This document shows positions 23,497 to 34,745 of a stretch of DNA of 64,000 nucleotides, one piece after another. The notes beneath the pieces are model-generated. The model saw nothing but the letters and a program-made list of their open reading frames with translations. It was not told the origin of the DNA and searched no databases. Location of the stretch: the NCBI GenBank assembly GCA_963665115.1, contig OY762007.1, forward strand, positions 5,408,001 through 5,472,000, read 5' to 3'. The position numbers and the translations under genes are program-made. The stretch is from an uncultured Rivularia sp. Its GTDB lineage: Bacteria > Cyanobacteriota > Cyanobacteriia > Cyanobacteriales > Nostocaceae. Numbering within the stretch: the stretch's first letter is position 1; the number at the start of each line of letters is the position of its first letter.

Positions 23497-23676
23497 TTAC
23501 AGGATGCCCCAGAAGTGCAAAAAGCCTTGACCAGAAAAAAGTTCGATTAAAGCAGCAGCCAAAAAGCCAATCATTGCCAAACGACCGTTCCAAATTTCTG
23601 CTTGAGGAGTAAATCCCCAGCGCCAAGCATTACGTTCTTCAACAGTTGCAATTGGTGTTCTTGTTGAATCTGCCAT
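23497..23676 (-). CDS. hli: High-light-inducible protein (HLIP/SCP), 59 aa, absent from the ORF track
   Basis: Hand translation [59 protein letters not shown]; ExxNGRxAM chlorophyll-binding motif; GGAG RBS. Confidence 0.95.
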   Translation of the reverse strand: MADSTRTPIATVEERNAWRWGFTPQAEIWNGRLAMIGFLAAALIELFSGQGFLHFWGIL

Positions 23677-23967
23677 AATTATTACTCCAAGCTGAATCTC
23701 TAATTATTCTTAATATACAGAAACATTGTATAGCAATTGTTTTAAATAATGCAACGTTTTACAACAATTGTGTGACTATTTATTGACATAGACAATATTT
23801 TGAGCTAGCCAAGTCCCCGATTTCGTGTTTTTTTGGCTCAGCTTTATTTATATATTTACTGCTCAGTTATATAACCGTTCGCAAATCCGGCGTTCCCTAT
23901 TCCCTACCCAGACGAAATGTTTCGTTAATGAAGACGCAAGTACTTAATTAAATCTTTATAAACAAAC

Positions 23968-24005
23968 TAGAGATGGAACCGGCAGAATAGACGGTTCCAT
24001 CTCTA
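23968..24005 (-). terminator. Stem-loop, probable terminator of the GyrA/ParC paralogue
   Basis: TAGAGATGGAACCG / CGGTTCCATCTCTA 14-bp perfect inverted repeat. Confidence 0.7.
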
Positions 24006-24042
24006 AAATAAATGAATTTTATGCAAACCTGAAAACTACAAG

Positions 24043-26562
24043 CTATTTATCAATTGCAACTTCGTGAACGGTGACAACTGTTTCATCCCGATTGAGTTCT
24101 ACAGCCTTTTCTGCTTTATCATTTTTAGTTAATAAAGGTACGCTTTCCCCATTCAGACGTATCACTCGTTGATTGCTGGTGACAAGGGCTATTTCAGTTT
24201 CGGGTTTGACTAATGCGATACCGGCAAGGTTATCGGTTGGAACAGTAAATTTAAATGCTTGAGCGCCTAAGTCACCCCGATTGGCTAACTTCAATTTGCT
24301 TGCACTAATTTGTTTGGCATATCCTTCTTGAGTCACCAGCAATAAATTGCGGTTTTTCTCAAAGCTGGTACAGCCGACTATTTGATGTTGTTTACCTACG
24401 CGCAACGCTTGTAAACCAACAGCAGTACGCCCCATACAGGGAAGTTGTTCATCATTAACTTCAAAATGCAGCAGTCTCCCACCCGAACTAGCTAAAATTA
24501 AATGTTCGCCCTTGTTTACAAACTTAGTTAATAATAATTCGTCGTCCTCTTTCAGCTTCAAAATAGTAACTCCACGACGAGTTACATTAGTCAGTTCTTC
24601 TCCTAACAAACGCTTGATACGTCCCTGTTTAGTTAGAAGAACTAGGTGTGTATTAGATGAATTCTCAGGAATCAATAAACGACCAACAATAGATTCACCT
24701 TGACTTTGAGCGGTAGAAGTCAGCAAAGTGATAAGGGGCGTTCCCCTAGCTCCGCGTCCAGTTGTTGCCGGAATTTCTCCTATCTGTAACGGGTAAGCTT
24801 TACCACCGTTAGTTACAACTAGCAAGTCATTAGTCGTATTGGTTTCCTGAGCTTGAATAATGAAATCGTAATCGGGAACTCCGTTGTCAGATTTCGACCT
24901 TTTTGAGGATGAACTAATTCGTCGCACGTAGCCCCGCTGCGAAAAATCTAATGTCACATCTTCAACAGGTACCTGGGATTGTAGATTCCCAACTTTAGAT
25001 TTAGCACCTTTATCTTTTTGGCTACCTTTATTCTTCTGCTGAGCAAATGCTTTATTATCTGGCTTTGCGACAAATTTACTGCGCCGCTTATCGTTATAAG
25101 AACGTTTTAAACTCCGCAAATCTTTTTTTAGACTTTTGAGTAGTTCTTTTCTATCGCCGAGTAGGTTACGTAAAGTATTAATTCTAGTTGCAAGTTCTTC
25201 GTACTCTTCCTCTAATTTCTGTCGCTCCATACCAGTAAGGCGACGTAAAGGCATGGCTAAAATTTCATCTGCCTGCACTTCACTCAACTCCAGTCTACTT
25301 ATAAGACCAACTTTTGCAGTAGAACCATCGGGAGCCTGTCGCAAAATATCGATTACTTCATCTACTTGAGAAAGTGCCCCCAGCAAACCTTCTACCAAAT
25401 GCGAGCGACTTTCTGCTTTACCTAATTCATGAGAATAGCGACGACTAAGAGTTTGTTCGCGAAAATCCAAAAACTCTTGCAACAACTGACGCAAACTTAA
25501 CTGGCGCGGTTGTCCTTCAACTATTCCTAAAAGAATTGCCCCAAAAGTAGTTTGCAGCGCACTCTGCTGATACAAATAATACAAAACTTCCTGGGGATTA
25601 GTATCGCGCTTCAACTCGATAACTACCCGCATTCCATCGCGATCGCTCTCATCGCGAATGTCACCAATTCCGGTTAATCTGCCTTGATTGACTAAATCGG
25701 CAACTTTTTCAATCCAACCTGCCTTATTCACTTGATAAGGCAATTCTGTAATTATAATGGCGGTGCGTCGTTTGTTACCTCGTCCTATGGGGACTTCTTC
25801 AATATTGGCAACTCCCCGCAGCAAAATACCACCTCTACCCGTGGTATATGCTTCGTTAATACCATCTTTCCCGACAATTTCTCCACCAGTAGGAAAATCA
25901 GGACCGGGTATAATTTTAAATAATTTTTCGTCAGATAAGGCAGGGTTGTCAATCAAAGCAATCAACCCATCCACCACCTCACCTAAATTATGCGGTGGAA
26001 TATTCGTAGCCATACCTACGGCAATTCCGGCACAACCATTGAGTAATAAAAACGGTAACTGTGCGGGTAAAACTGTTGGCTCTTGCTGAGAATTATCAAA
26101 GTTGCCGATAAAGTCTACCGTTTCTTCACCAATTTCGGCAAGCATTCCCTCATGGCTAATAGATGCCAGACGGGTTTCCGTATAGCGCATCGCCGCCGGT
26201 GGGTCATTATCTACACTACCGAAGTTACCGTGTCCTCCCAACAAAGGATAACGGCAAGAAAATGTTTGTACTAAACGGACTAAAGCATCGTAAACCGATT
26301 GATCTCCGTGGGGGTGATATTTACCCAGCACGTCCCCAACTACACGAGCGCATTTTCGGTAAGGTCTATCCGGAGTTAAACCGAGTTCGTGCATGGCGTA
26401 CAGAATTCGCCGGTGAACCGGCTTCAAGCCATCGCGCACGTCTGGTAACGCCCGCCCCACGATTACACTCATGGCATATTCAAGATAAGACCTTTGCATT
26501 TCTGTATGCAAGGCTGTAGTGATTACCTGTCCCGTCGAGAGAAGGTTTAACTGTTTTGCCAT
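24043..26562 (-). CDS. DNA topoisomerase type IIA subunit A paralogue (GyrA2/ParC-like, no canonical GyrA-box)
   Basis: [37 protein letters not shown] (catalytic Tyr), C-terminal pinwheel blades; first blade reads [15 protein letters not shown]. Confidence 0.92.
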   Translation of the reverse strand: MAKQLNLLSTGQVITTALHTEMQRSYLEYAMSVIVGRALPDVRDGLKPVHRRILYAMHELGLTPDRPYRKCARVVGDVLGKYHPHGDQSVYDALVRLVQTFSCRYPLLGGHGNFGSVDNDPPAAMRYTETRLASISHEGMLAEIGEETVDFIGNFDNSQQEPTVLPAQLPFLLLNGCAGIAVGMATNIPPHNLGEVVDGLIALIDNPALSDEKLFKIIPGPDFPTGGEIVGKDGINEAYTTGRGGILLRGVANIEEVPIGRGNKRRTAIIITELPYQVNKAGWIEKVADLVNQGRLTGIGDIRDESDRDGMRVVIELKRDTNPQEVLYYLYQQSALQTTFGAILLGIVEGQPRQLSLRQLLQEFLDFREQTLSRRYSHELGKAESRSHLVEGLLGALSQVDEVIDILRQAPDGSTAKVGLISRLELSEVQADEILAMPLRRLTGMERQKLEEEYEELATRINTLRNLLGDRKELLKSLKKDLRSLKRSYNDKRRSKFVAKPDNKAFAQQKNKGSQKDKGAKSKVGNLQSQVPVEDVTLDFSQRGYVRRISSSSKRSKSDNGVPDYDFIIQAQETNTTNDLLVVTNGGKAYPLQIGEIPATTGRGARGTPLITLLTSTAQSQGESIVGRLLIPENSSNTHLVLLTKQGRIKRLLGEELTNVTRRGVTILKLKEDDELLLTKFVNKGEHLILASSGGRLLHFEVNDEQLPCMGRTAVGLQALRVGKQHQIVGCTSFEKNRNLLLVTQEGYAKQISASKLKLANRGDLGAQAFKFTVPTDNLAGIALVKPETEIALVTSNQRVIRLNGESVPLLTKNDKAEKAVELNRDETVVTVHEVAIDK

Positions 26563-26805
26563 GAGTTTTTTCCCTGAACTTTTACTACACAAATATTGCC
26601 GTAACGTTGGTGAGCAGCAACCTTATTTATAACGGATGAAATACCCTTCATCGCCCCCATATTGATATTTATGTCTTATTTCTAGACGTAGTATTATCCT
26701 TATTTACAAGGATACAAATTGTTTTATTGAATATAAACCCGGTATAAATCGTGCTATCTTCAATCCTTTATCCCCCTCCAAATACCAAGAACGCAACTAA
26801 TTGCC

Positions 26806-27216
26806 ATGAAAACTGTTTTGATTGTCGAAGACGATCTTGTTAATGCCCGTGTTTTCTCAAAAATCTTAACGAAACGCGGAGGCTTAGGTGTTAAACACAC
26901 TGAAGATGTAGACGAAGTAATCAAAATTGCCCAAGCAAAAGAAGCAGACATTATTTTAATGGATGTTTCTCTTTCTAGAAGCGTTTACGAAGGTAAATCT
27001 GTTGATGGTATCAAGATTACACAAATGTTGAAATCTGACCCTCAAACAGCAGCATTACCTATTATCTTGGTCACAGCTCACGCTATGGAAGGCGATCGCG
27101 AAAGCTTTCTTAAACAAAGTGGAGCCGATGGTTATATTTCCAAACCTGTGGTGGATCACCAACTGTTTGTCGAGCAAATCATCGCACTTTTGCCGTCTGA
27201 CAATAACCCGAATTAA
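26806..27216 (+). CDS. Single-domain response regulator (DivK/CheY-like)
   Basis: VLIVEDD, IILMD, LVTAHA, YISKP. Confidence 0.93.
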   Translation: MKTVLIVEDDLVNARVFSKILTKRGGLGVKHTEDVDEVIKIAQAKEADIILMDVSLSRSVYEGKSVDGIKITQMLKSDPQTAALPIILVTAHAMEGDRESFLKQSGADGYISKPVVDHQLFVEQIIALLPSDNNPN

Positions 27217-27217
27217 A

Positions 27218-27401
27218 GAACCACAACAAAGCAAACAGTCGCTTGCTCGTTGGAACCACTGCTACCAGATACAGCCCGTTAATTCTAAAGCCTGCCCATT
27301 CAAGGGGCAGGCGATTTATAGACAGGTGCATCTGGGTACGAGTACCTTCCTATAACAAGCTTTTAAAGCTTATTGCCCCAATGCCGGAGATTGTAACCTT
27401 C
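27218..27401 (-). ncRNA. Candidate structured non-coding RNA, ~180-nt irregular rod
   Basis: Nested helices GCUUGUU/AACGAGC, GGAA/UUCC, CCAGAUGCA/UGUAUCUGG, CCUGU/ACGGG, GCCUGCCC/GGGCAGGC; G-U pairs select the minus strand; TATATT/TATTAT just upstream. Ends approximate. Confidence 0.55.
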
Positions 27402-27522
27402 ATAATATATATGTACTATTAGATGTACTTTAAAGCAATACCGCCATTAATACTAATAGCGAGCAGGATTACAACTATATAAAATAATACTTTACTCGCT
27501 ATTAATACTACTGAAGTAAAAA

Positions 27523-28417
27523 CTATTCTCCGGTAGGTTCGGAAGGGGGTTCTGCATTTAAAGCAGCTTGGATACTAGGTAGTTCCAAGAACTTCTTAGT
27601 ATCAGAGAGTAAACGATTGCCCCAAAGATTTTCCTTAAGAAATTCTAAGTTAGCGTACCGTGGATCGATGCGGATTGCAGCTTCACCCATTGCTAAACCT
27701 CTTTGGCGATCGCTTTGATTGCCTAAGCCGTATAAAGCAACGGCTAATGCCAGCTGAGGTTCGGCAGCAGGCTGTTTAACATTGTTGGCTTTAGTAATAG
27801 CTTGCTGCCATTGATTTATAGCATTTTTGATATCGCCTTGTTCGTACATAATTAATCCAATATTGTTCACAGCAGGCCAAAAATCTTGCTTGTAAACAAT
27901 TGATTTTTTGTACTCAACAACAGCTTGGGGTAATTTACCCAGCATATAGTAAGCATTGCCTAAATCAAACAACCCTTCTGGGTCTTTAGGATTTATTTTT
28001 AAACCCGTTTTGTATTCAGCAATAGCCGATTGGTATTTTTCTTGTTGAAAGTAAGCAGAAACCCAAAGCAAAATAAGTCTCAGCATTTTTAGGATTAAGA
28101 CTCTGTGCCTTTTGTAAAGCACTAGTAGCTTTATCGAGTTCTTTGGATTGTAAGTATAATCCTCCTAATAAGAACCATACTTTGTCACTGTTAGGAGCAA
28201 GTTGAGTCGCCAATCGTGCCCGTGGCATTGCCAAGTCGAACTGACGAAATTGTGCTAGTTGTGCGGCTTCCTGCGCCAAAACTAACCCTTGTTGTTCCAA
28301 CTTTGCCCCGTCAAGCTGCACCGTATGAGGTACTAATGCTTGGGCATTAACTGATTGAGATACACTTAAAAAGCTACACAGAAATAGAAAAGAAATCAAT
28401 CCAACACGTTTAGGCAC
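27523..28417 (-). CDS. Exported TPR-repeat protein; apparent +1 frameshift at 28058-28063
   Basis: GTG start, signal peptide ...SVNAQA; removing one base gives TYFALGSAYFQQEKY; TPR units (FDLGNAYY, VNNIGLIMY). Confidence 0.85.
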
Positions 28418-28587
28418 ACTACCACCACCTATTTGCCATAAATTAAGCAATCTTTCAGATAGCTTAAACCATCCCGGCTGTGGATGACAGCTATTCTTTT
28501 CGATCGTTTGTCTTTTGTGTAATTCCTTAATGGTCATTTTTTCGTATTTAAGATTTGGGTTACTGTAGGCGTGAAAAACGAATTAAT

Positions 28588-28601
28588 TATGACTAAAGTC
28601 A
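28588..28601. promoter_or_regulatory. Palindrome TATGAC-N4-GTCA upstream of the MacAB-like operon
   Basis: TATGACTAAAGTCA; same core as 58739-58754. Confidence 0.4.
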
Positions 28602-28852
28602 CCACCAAAGGTGAAGCCATATGTAAGCTGAAAAAGCTACTATTAAAGAAGTATTCAAATACAATTCGCTCTTTTTCGATTTTAGAAGTACGATTTAAAC
28701 GCCTTGCGCGAAGGTAGATAGTCTAACGTTGGTTTACATATGACTGAACCAAACAGGCTTCCTTTGTAAGACTTTGCTTCAATCTATCAGTTCCGTAAAG
28801 CATATCCCACTTTACCTTACCCAAACTCTTTACATTTTTTATCGCTGCTGTT

Positions 28853-30316
28853 ATGGCTACACATATAGAAATTCCCGTAATCGGCAAAGTAAAACGATTA
28901 CCTCGTTGGCTCGGCGTTTTGGCAGCAGGAATTGTAATTGTTGGTGCAACGACTACCTATGTTGTCGTCAATCGAGCCAACAATAAACTAGATATAGCAG
29001 AACTCACCGTACCTGTAGAAGACAAAAATGTCACTCTACTTTTGAGTGCTAGTGGAAAAGTTGTGCCAGTTCAAAGCGTTAATATTAGCCCGAAAAACCC
29101 CGGTACGGTTACTCAATTGTATGTAGAACAAGGCGATAAAGTAAGCGTGGGGCAGATTCTTGCCAGAATGGATAGTGCAGATATTCAAGCGAGAATTTTA
29201 CAAGCTCGCGCTAATTTAGCACAACAGGAAGCAAAATTAGACCAACAAAAAGCTGGTTCTCGTCCCCAAGAAATTGCTCAGGCTAAAGCACGTTTGTCAC
29301 AAGCACAAGCACAATTAGACGCAGCTCGTTCGGGAAATCGTTCCGAAGAAATTGCTCAGGCACAAGCACAGGTAAATGCTATTAAAGCAAAGGTAGATTT
29401 AAGCAATCAACGAGTTAGACGTTACCGAAACTTGTATAACCAAGGAGCAATTGAAAAAGACAAATTAGATCAATTTGTTAGTGAAGATAGTACCGCTCAA
29501 GCAAACCTACTCGAAGCTCAAAAAAGATTAGCTTTATTAAAAAGCGGTAGTCGCCCAGAAGAAATTGCTCGACTCAAAGCAGCAGTAGAAGAGGCAAGCG
29601 CTCAACTACAGCTATTAGAAAATGGTTCTCGTCCCCAGGAAATTGAGAGTGCAGCAGCAGCAGTTAGTGCAGCACAAGCGCAACTTAAAACGGAGCAGGT
29701 AAATTTAGATAACACAATTATCCGCGCTCCTTTTTCAGGTATTATCACGCAAAAGTTTGCAAATATCGGTGCATTTGTCACGCCGACAACCTCCGCCTCT
29801 AGCAGTGCATCAGCCACATCCAGTTCCGTAGTTGCTCTTGCCAAAGGATTAGAAGTATTAGCAAACGTACCCGAAGCCGACATAGCCAGAATCAAGGTAG
29901 AGCAGGAAGTAGAAATCGTTGCTGACGCTTATCCAGACCAAGTTTTCAAAGGAGGGGTACGTCTAATTGCTCCTGAAGCCGTAAACGAACAAGGAGTAAC
30001 ATTATTTCAGGTTAGAGTTGCAATTAAGACAGGATTAGACAAATTGCGTTCCGGTTTAAATGTCAACCTGACTTTTTTAGGTGATGACGTAAATGCTTTA
30101 TGGATACCAACAGTTGCTATCGTCACAGAAAAAGGTCAAACAGGTGTATTAGTTCCTGACAAAAACAACAAAGCAAAATTCAGCGAAGTCACAATTGGTT
30201 CCCAAGTAGGAAACGAAACTCAAATATTAGAAGGATTAAAAAAAGGCGATCGCATTTTCACCACCCCTCCGGATGATTACAGAATCCAGAAAAAGTTAGA
30301 GAAACGCGACGATTAG
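28853..30316 (+). CDS. MacA/HlyD-type efflux periplasmic adaptor
   Basis: N-terminal TM, ASGKVVP, VEQGDKV, long coiled coil with GSRPQEI repeats, IRAPFSG. Confidence 0.9.
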   Translation: MATHIEIPVIGKVKRLPRWLGVLAAGIVIVGATTTYVVVNRANNKLDIAELTVPVEDKNVTLLLSASGKVVPVQSVNISPKNPGTVTQLYVEQGDKVSVGQILARMDSADIQARILQARANLAQQEAKLDQQKAGSRPQEIAQAKARLSQAQAQLDAARSGNRSEEIAQAQAQVNAIKAKVDLSNQRVRRYRNLYNQGAIEKDKLDQFVSEDSTAQANLLEAQKRLALLKSGSRPEEIARLKAAVEEASAQLQLLENGSRPQEIESAAAAVSAAQAQLKTEQVNLDNTIIRAPFSGIITQKFANIGAFVTPTTSASSSASATSSSVVALAKGLEVLANVPEADIARIKVEQEVEIVADAYPDQVFKGGVRLIAPEAVNEQGVTLFQVRVAIKTGLDKLRSGLNVNLTFLGDDVNALWIPTVAIVTEKGQTGVLVPDKNNKAKFSEVTIGSQVGNETQILEGLKKGDRIFTTPPDDYRIQKKLEKRDD

Positions 30317-30364
30317 GGAGGATGGGGTAGAGGGGGTAGAGGGGGGAGAGGGGGTAGAAAAAAT

Positions 30365-30462
30365 TCCTAACTCCTAACTCCTAACTCCTAACCACTAACA
30401 ACTAACAACTAACAACTAACCACTAACAACTAACCACTAACAACTAACCACTAACAACCAAC
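30365..30462. repeat. STRR heptamer arrays (CTCCTAA)n then (CAACTAA/CCACTAA)n
   Basis: Tandem repeats between adaptor and permease genes. Confidence 0.9.
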
Positions 30463-30464
30463 AA

Positions 30465-31685
30465 ATGAACTTCGCAGAAAGCGTACAAATGGCAGGAAAA
30501 ACCCTGCTCTCAAATAAATTACGTAGTGCCCTGACAATGTTAGGTATTGTGATTGGGAATGCTTCGGTAATTGCCATGATTGGTATTGGTGAAGGGGGAC
30601 AAAAGTTTGTTAATAAACAGTTGGAATCTCTAGGACCAAACGTACTATTTGTAATTCCAGGAAATCAAGAAACTCAGCGAATTACCTTTGAGATTCCTAA
30701 AACCTTAGTATTGGCAGATGCCCAAGCTATTGCAACTCAAGTTCCAACTGTAGCGGGAGTTGCGCCGGAGTTAAATCGAAGGTATGTAGTCACTTACGGC
30801 AATAGAAACACCGATGTAAATATAATCGGCACTACTCCAGGTTTTCCACTAGTGCGGGATTTTGAAATTGCCGAAGGACGTTTTTTTAATGAAATAGATA
30901 TCAAACGTAGCAATCAAGTAGTTGTACTAGGTGCCGATTTAGCAGAAAAACTTTTCGGTAGCGCTAATCCTTTAGGAAAGCAAATGCGGGTTAAAAATAC
31001 CAGCTTTCAAATTATTGGAACATTAGAGGGAAAAGGTTCGGGATTAGGAGGTGCTAATTACGATGAAGCCGCATTGATACCGATTACAACTTCAGCAAAT
31101 CGACTCGTAGGAAAAAATTCTCCCTACGGAATTGCCCTAGATTATCTTGTGGTTTCTGCCAGAAATAGCAAAAGTGTAGACGCAGCAGAGTTTCAAATGA
31201 GGAATTTATTACGCTTGCGACACAAAATAACTGGTGAAGATGATTTTACCGTTCGTTCTCAAAAAGATGCACAACAAACAGTTGGTCAAATAACTGGTGC
31301 ATTAACAATTATGTTAGCTGCAATCGCCAGTATTTCTTTGTTTGTCGGCGGCATCGGCATTATGAATATTATGCTCGTTTCCGTTACCGAAAGAACTCAA
31401 GAAATCGGACTAAGAAAAGCAATTGGTGCAACTCAACAAGATATCTTATTGCAGTTCACGATCGAAGCAGTAATTGTTTCAGCCGTTGGAGGCTTTATTG
31501 GAACTACTGTTGGCGTTGGCGGCATTTTTATAGTAGCAGCTTTAAGTCCGTTAGAAGCCGGAATTTCAACTGTAGCAATACTTTCCGCCGTTGGTGTTTC
31601 TGGTGCGATCGGTTTATTTTTCGGCATAATTCCCGCACGTCGCGCCGCCAAACTCGATCCAATTGTTGCTTTAAGAAGCGCGTAA
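30465..31685 (+). CDS. MacB-like ABC transporter permease
   Basis: NKLRSALTMLGIVIG, VGGIGIMNIMLVSVTERTQEIGLRKAIGA, PARRAAKLDPIVALR. Confidence 0.94.
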   Translation: MNFAESVQMAGKTLLSNKLRSALTMLGIVIGNASVIAMIGIGEGGQKFVNKQLESLGPNVLFVIPGNQETQRITFEIPKTLVLADAQAIATQVPTVAGVAPELNRRYVVTYGNRNTDVNIIGTTPGFPLVRDFEIAEGRFFNEIDIKRSNQVVVLGADLAEKLFGSANPLGKQMRVKNTSFQIIGTLEGKGSGLGGANYDEAALIPITTSANRLVGKNSPYGIALDYLVVSARNSKSVDAAEFQMRNLLRLRHKITGEDDFTVRSQKDAQQTVGQITGALTIMLAAIASISLFVGGIGIMNIMLVSVTERTQEIGLRKAIGATQQDILLQFTIEAVIVSAVGGFIGTTVGVGGIFIVAALSPLEAGISTVAILSAVGVSGAIGLFFGIIPARRAAKLDPIVALRSA

Positions 31686-31866
31686 TCAGTGAACAGTTAA
31701 CAGTAGCTTTGTTCCCAGTCTCCGGCTGGGAATACATTTCAAGAGGCTCCGCCTCCAGATAATGGATTGCTAATTAATAACTTCTAACTCTCAACTCCTA
31801 ACTCCCAACTTATTAAATCTAAAATTTTACAACTCCTAATTCCTAACCACTAACTACTAACTACTA

Positions 31867-32584
31867 ATGACTAATATAATAATTCGCTTAGAAGATATTT
31901 TTAAAATTTATGGTAGTGGGGCAACTGAGGTAAAAGCATTAAATGATGTCAATTTAACTGTCGAAGAAGGGGAATATTGCTCGATTATGGGGCCCTAGCG
32001 GTTCTGGTAAGTCTACTGCTATGAATATTATCGGCTGTTTGGATCGTCCCAGTTCAGGAAGTTATTATTTAGATACTGTGGATGTGGCGCAAATGGATGA
32101 TGCCCAATTAGCACATATTCGTAATCGAAAATTAGGTTTTGTTTTCCAGCAATTCCACCTGTTACAGCAGCTTTCAGCATTAGAAAACGTCATGCTACCA
32201 ATGCTTTACGCTGGCGTAGCTAATTCTGAAAGACGAGATAGAGGAATTGAAGCTTTAAAAAAAGTTGGTTTAGAAAACCGCGTCAATAACAAACCAAATC
32301 AACTGTCAGGGGGACAACAGCAACGAGTGGCGATCGCCCGTGCTATTGTGAATCGTCCCGTTGTACTTTTAGCCGACGAACCTACTGGCGCACTTGATTC
32401 TAAAACAACTCAAGAAGTACTAGATATTTTTACCGAGCTTAATTCTACAGGAATTACCGTAGTGATGGTAACTCACGAGCCAGAAGTTGCACGTCAAACA
32501 CAGCGTATTGTTTGGTTTCGCGATGGCGAAGTTATACACTCAAATTTAACTGCTGATGATTTGAATACTGTTGCAGTTTCTTAA
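31867..32584 (+). CDS. MacB/LolD-like ABC ATPase; apparent +1 frameshift at 31989-31995
   Basis: [15 protein letters not shown]...; removing one base from GGGGCCC restores Walker [25 protein letters not shown]. Confidence 0.92.
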
Positions 32585-32653
32585 TCAGGTCAAAGGTTAA
32601 AGGTTAAAGGTTAAAAATTAGGGACAATCAAAAAATAATTTATTCAATAAGGG

Positions 32654-32703
32654 TAGTGGGAGCATCTTGCTCCCTAGCCCGAGGGAGCAAGATGCTCCCA
32701 CTA
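32654..32703. repeat. REP-like perfect 22-bp inverted repeat between convergent genes
   Basis: TAGTGGGAGCATCTTGCTCCCT-6nt-AGGGAGCAAGATGCTCCCACTA; related GCATCTTGC cores near 42990 and 57137. Confidence 0.85.
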
Positions 32704-32771
32704 GAAAATAGTTATGTTTCTATAATTTTTGAAATAACTAATTCCCATGCCCAATGCCCAATGCCCAATTC

Positions 32772-33410
32772 TCAACCAAAATTTTTAACAATTTCCACCA
32801 ACTCTCGGGGATGATGAATTAAAAAATCTGGATTCTCTTTGGTTAATGCTGCTTCGGAATTAAAACCCCAAGTAACGCTAACTATTTTGATTTGAGATTT
32901 TTTCGAGGCTTCGATATCTCTGGTTTCATCCCCTACATATATGACTTCTTGAGTTTTGATCTGTTTTTGTCTCAATATATTGTTAATTATTTTGGTTTTG
33001 CCAAAAATTGTGACTCCAGGATGAACAAACTCAAAAAGGTTATCTAAATTATTTACTTTCAGAAACTCTTTGACGTTATCTTTAGAATTGGAAGTTACGA
33101 TACCTAATCTATTTCCATCGTTTTTGAGTTCTGTTAAAGCTTGCGGAATTCCCTGAATCGGTTTTAGTTCAGGAATTTTATTCTTTAACTCTCTCTTAAC
33201 CTTTTTGAGTAGAAAAGGCATTTTAAATAAAGGAATCCCAGAATACTTAAATATTTCTCTAGAAGTTAAATTTTTAAGGATTACGAATTCTTCTGAAGTA
33301 ATTTGGGCGTAATTAAATTCTACAGCTAAATTATTAGCAATACTTACTAGCGCATCTACTGTATCCGCGATTGTGCCATCAAAATCAAAAATAATTACTT
33401 TCTGGATCAT
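32772..33410 (-). CDS. HAD-IA family hydrolase (phosphoglycolate phosphatase-like)
   Basis: IFDFDGT, VTSN, YVGDETRD, VTWGFN. Confidence 0.9.
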   Translation of the reverse strand: MIQKVIIFDFDGTIADTVDALVSIANNLAVEFNYAQITSEEFVILKNLTSREIFKYSGIPLFKMPFLLKKVKRELKNKIPELKPIQGIPQALTELKNDGNRLGIVTSNSKDNVKEFLKVNNLDNLFEFVHPGVTIFGKTKIINNILRQKQIKTQEVIYVGDETRDIEASKKSQIKIVSVTWGFNSEAALTKENPDFLIHHPRELVEIVKNFG

Positions 33411-33555
33411 TCAATTTTGGATTTTGGATTCTAGATTTTGAATTAACCTTATGTCTAAAGCTAAGGGCTTGAAAAAACAATAAAAATAATTATTTTTTCT
33501 ATATATAAACCCTGTTAATAGGCAACCTTTAACTTACTTACTAAAAGCTCGGGGG

Positions 33556-34524
33556 TTATAACCGATTAGTAGTTGATGTGGGTTGACGCGATGCTTCAAG
33601 ATTAGCACGGGCATTCCTTCGTAACATTTGTGGCTTAATTCGCCGTAATGCCGATGCCGGAAATTGTTTGTCCCACTCTTCATCTGTGATTCTGGCTAAT
33701 TCTATCAGCTTGGGAGCAATATTCCCAGAGTAAGGTTGAAATTCTTGCACGTCAGTAGGATTCGCAAAACGTTGATTCCAAGGGCAAACGTCTTGACAAA
33801 TATCGCAACCTGCCACCCAACCTTCTAACTTGGGTGCAATATTTTCAGGTAATTCATCATCGCGATTTTCAATAGTATGATAAGCAATGCAGCGATTGGC
33901 ATCTACTACAAATGGTTGTCTAATTGCATCGGTGGGACAACTTTCAATACATTTAGTACAGCTTCCGCAATGCTGGGTATGGGGAGTGTCGGGAGTTAAT
34001 TCCAAATTTGTGAGAATTTCTGCCAAAAATACCCAAGAGCCGTATTCTCTTGTAATTACATTCCCATTTTTAGCAATCCAACCGATCCCCGCTTGCTGTG
34101 CCCAAACTTTATCTTGAATTGGTGCTGTATCTATATAATGTCTAGTTTTTATTTCTTCACCGAATGACTGCAACCAAATTGAAAAAGCTTTCAATTTTTT
34201 CTGCACAATTTTGTGATAATCCCTTCCCCATGCATACCGAGAAATTTTTCCGTATTCTTTTTCTTGGGGACGTTGATGCTCTGTATAGTAATTTAAGGCG
34301 ACACAAATTAGCGATCGCACTTCTGGCATAACTAATTTTATATTTTGACGCTTGGGATTTCGCATCCATTCCATGTCGGCATGATACCCCAGCGCTAACC
34401 ATGATTGTAATCCTTGCACTTGAGTCTCTGTATCATTTACAGCTGCTATACCAACTTTATGGAACCCCAAATATAGCGCTTTTTCTTTAATTTGTATGCT
34501 GCTTAAGGAGGATGATTGATTCAT
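33556..34524 (-). CDS. queG: tRNA epoxyqueuosine reductase
   Basis: ISRYAWGRDYH, GWIAKN, CGSCTKCIESCPT, GCDICQDVCPWN. Confidence 0.95.
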   Translation of the reverse strand: MNQSSSLSSIQIKEKALYLGFHKVGIAAVNDTETQVQGLQSWLALGYHADMEWMRNPKRQNIKLVMPEVRSLICVALNYYTEHQRPQEKEYGKISRYAWGRDYHKIVQKKLKAFSIWLQSFGEEIKTRHYIDTAPIQDKVWAQQAGIGWIAKNGNVITREYGSWVFLAEILTNLELTPDTPHTQHCGSCTKCIESCPTDAIRQPFVVDANRCIAYHTIENRDDELPENIAPKLEGWVAGCDICQDVCPWNQRFANPTDVQEFQPYSGNIAPKLIELARITDEEWDKQFPASALRRIKPQMLRRNARANLEASRQPTSTTNRL

Positions 34525-34745
34525 TTATCTTATTTTAAGATTTGCCCGAAAACGGCACCCCTATCATATACCGCTATTATGATCCCCAGTTTTAAAATTG
34601 CAAATCGATTCATATGTAAATATTATTTGCAATTTGTAAAGTTTCTATGCACAATTACAAGTGGAAGGTAAAGCAACATACAAACACACCTTCCGAATGT
34701 GAATAGTTCGCTACAAAATTTACCGTCCAACAAATGGTGCCTGAT

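Noticed and set aside
27218..27401. Naming the structured RNA as 6S (ssrS), SRP RNA, tmRNA or RNase P RNA
   Set aside because: No SRP GGAA-loop domain, tRNA-like ends or RNase P motifs; size fits 6S but I see no clear large central bubble, so it needs an Rfam search.
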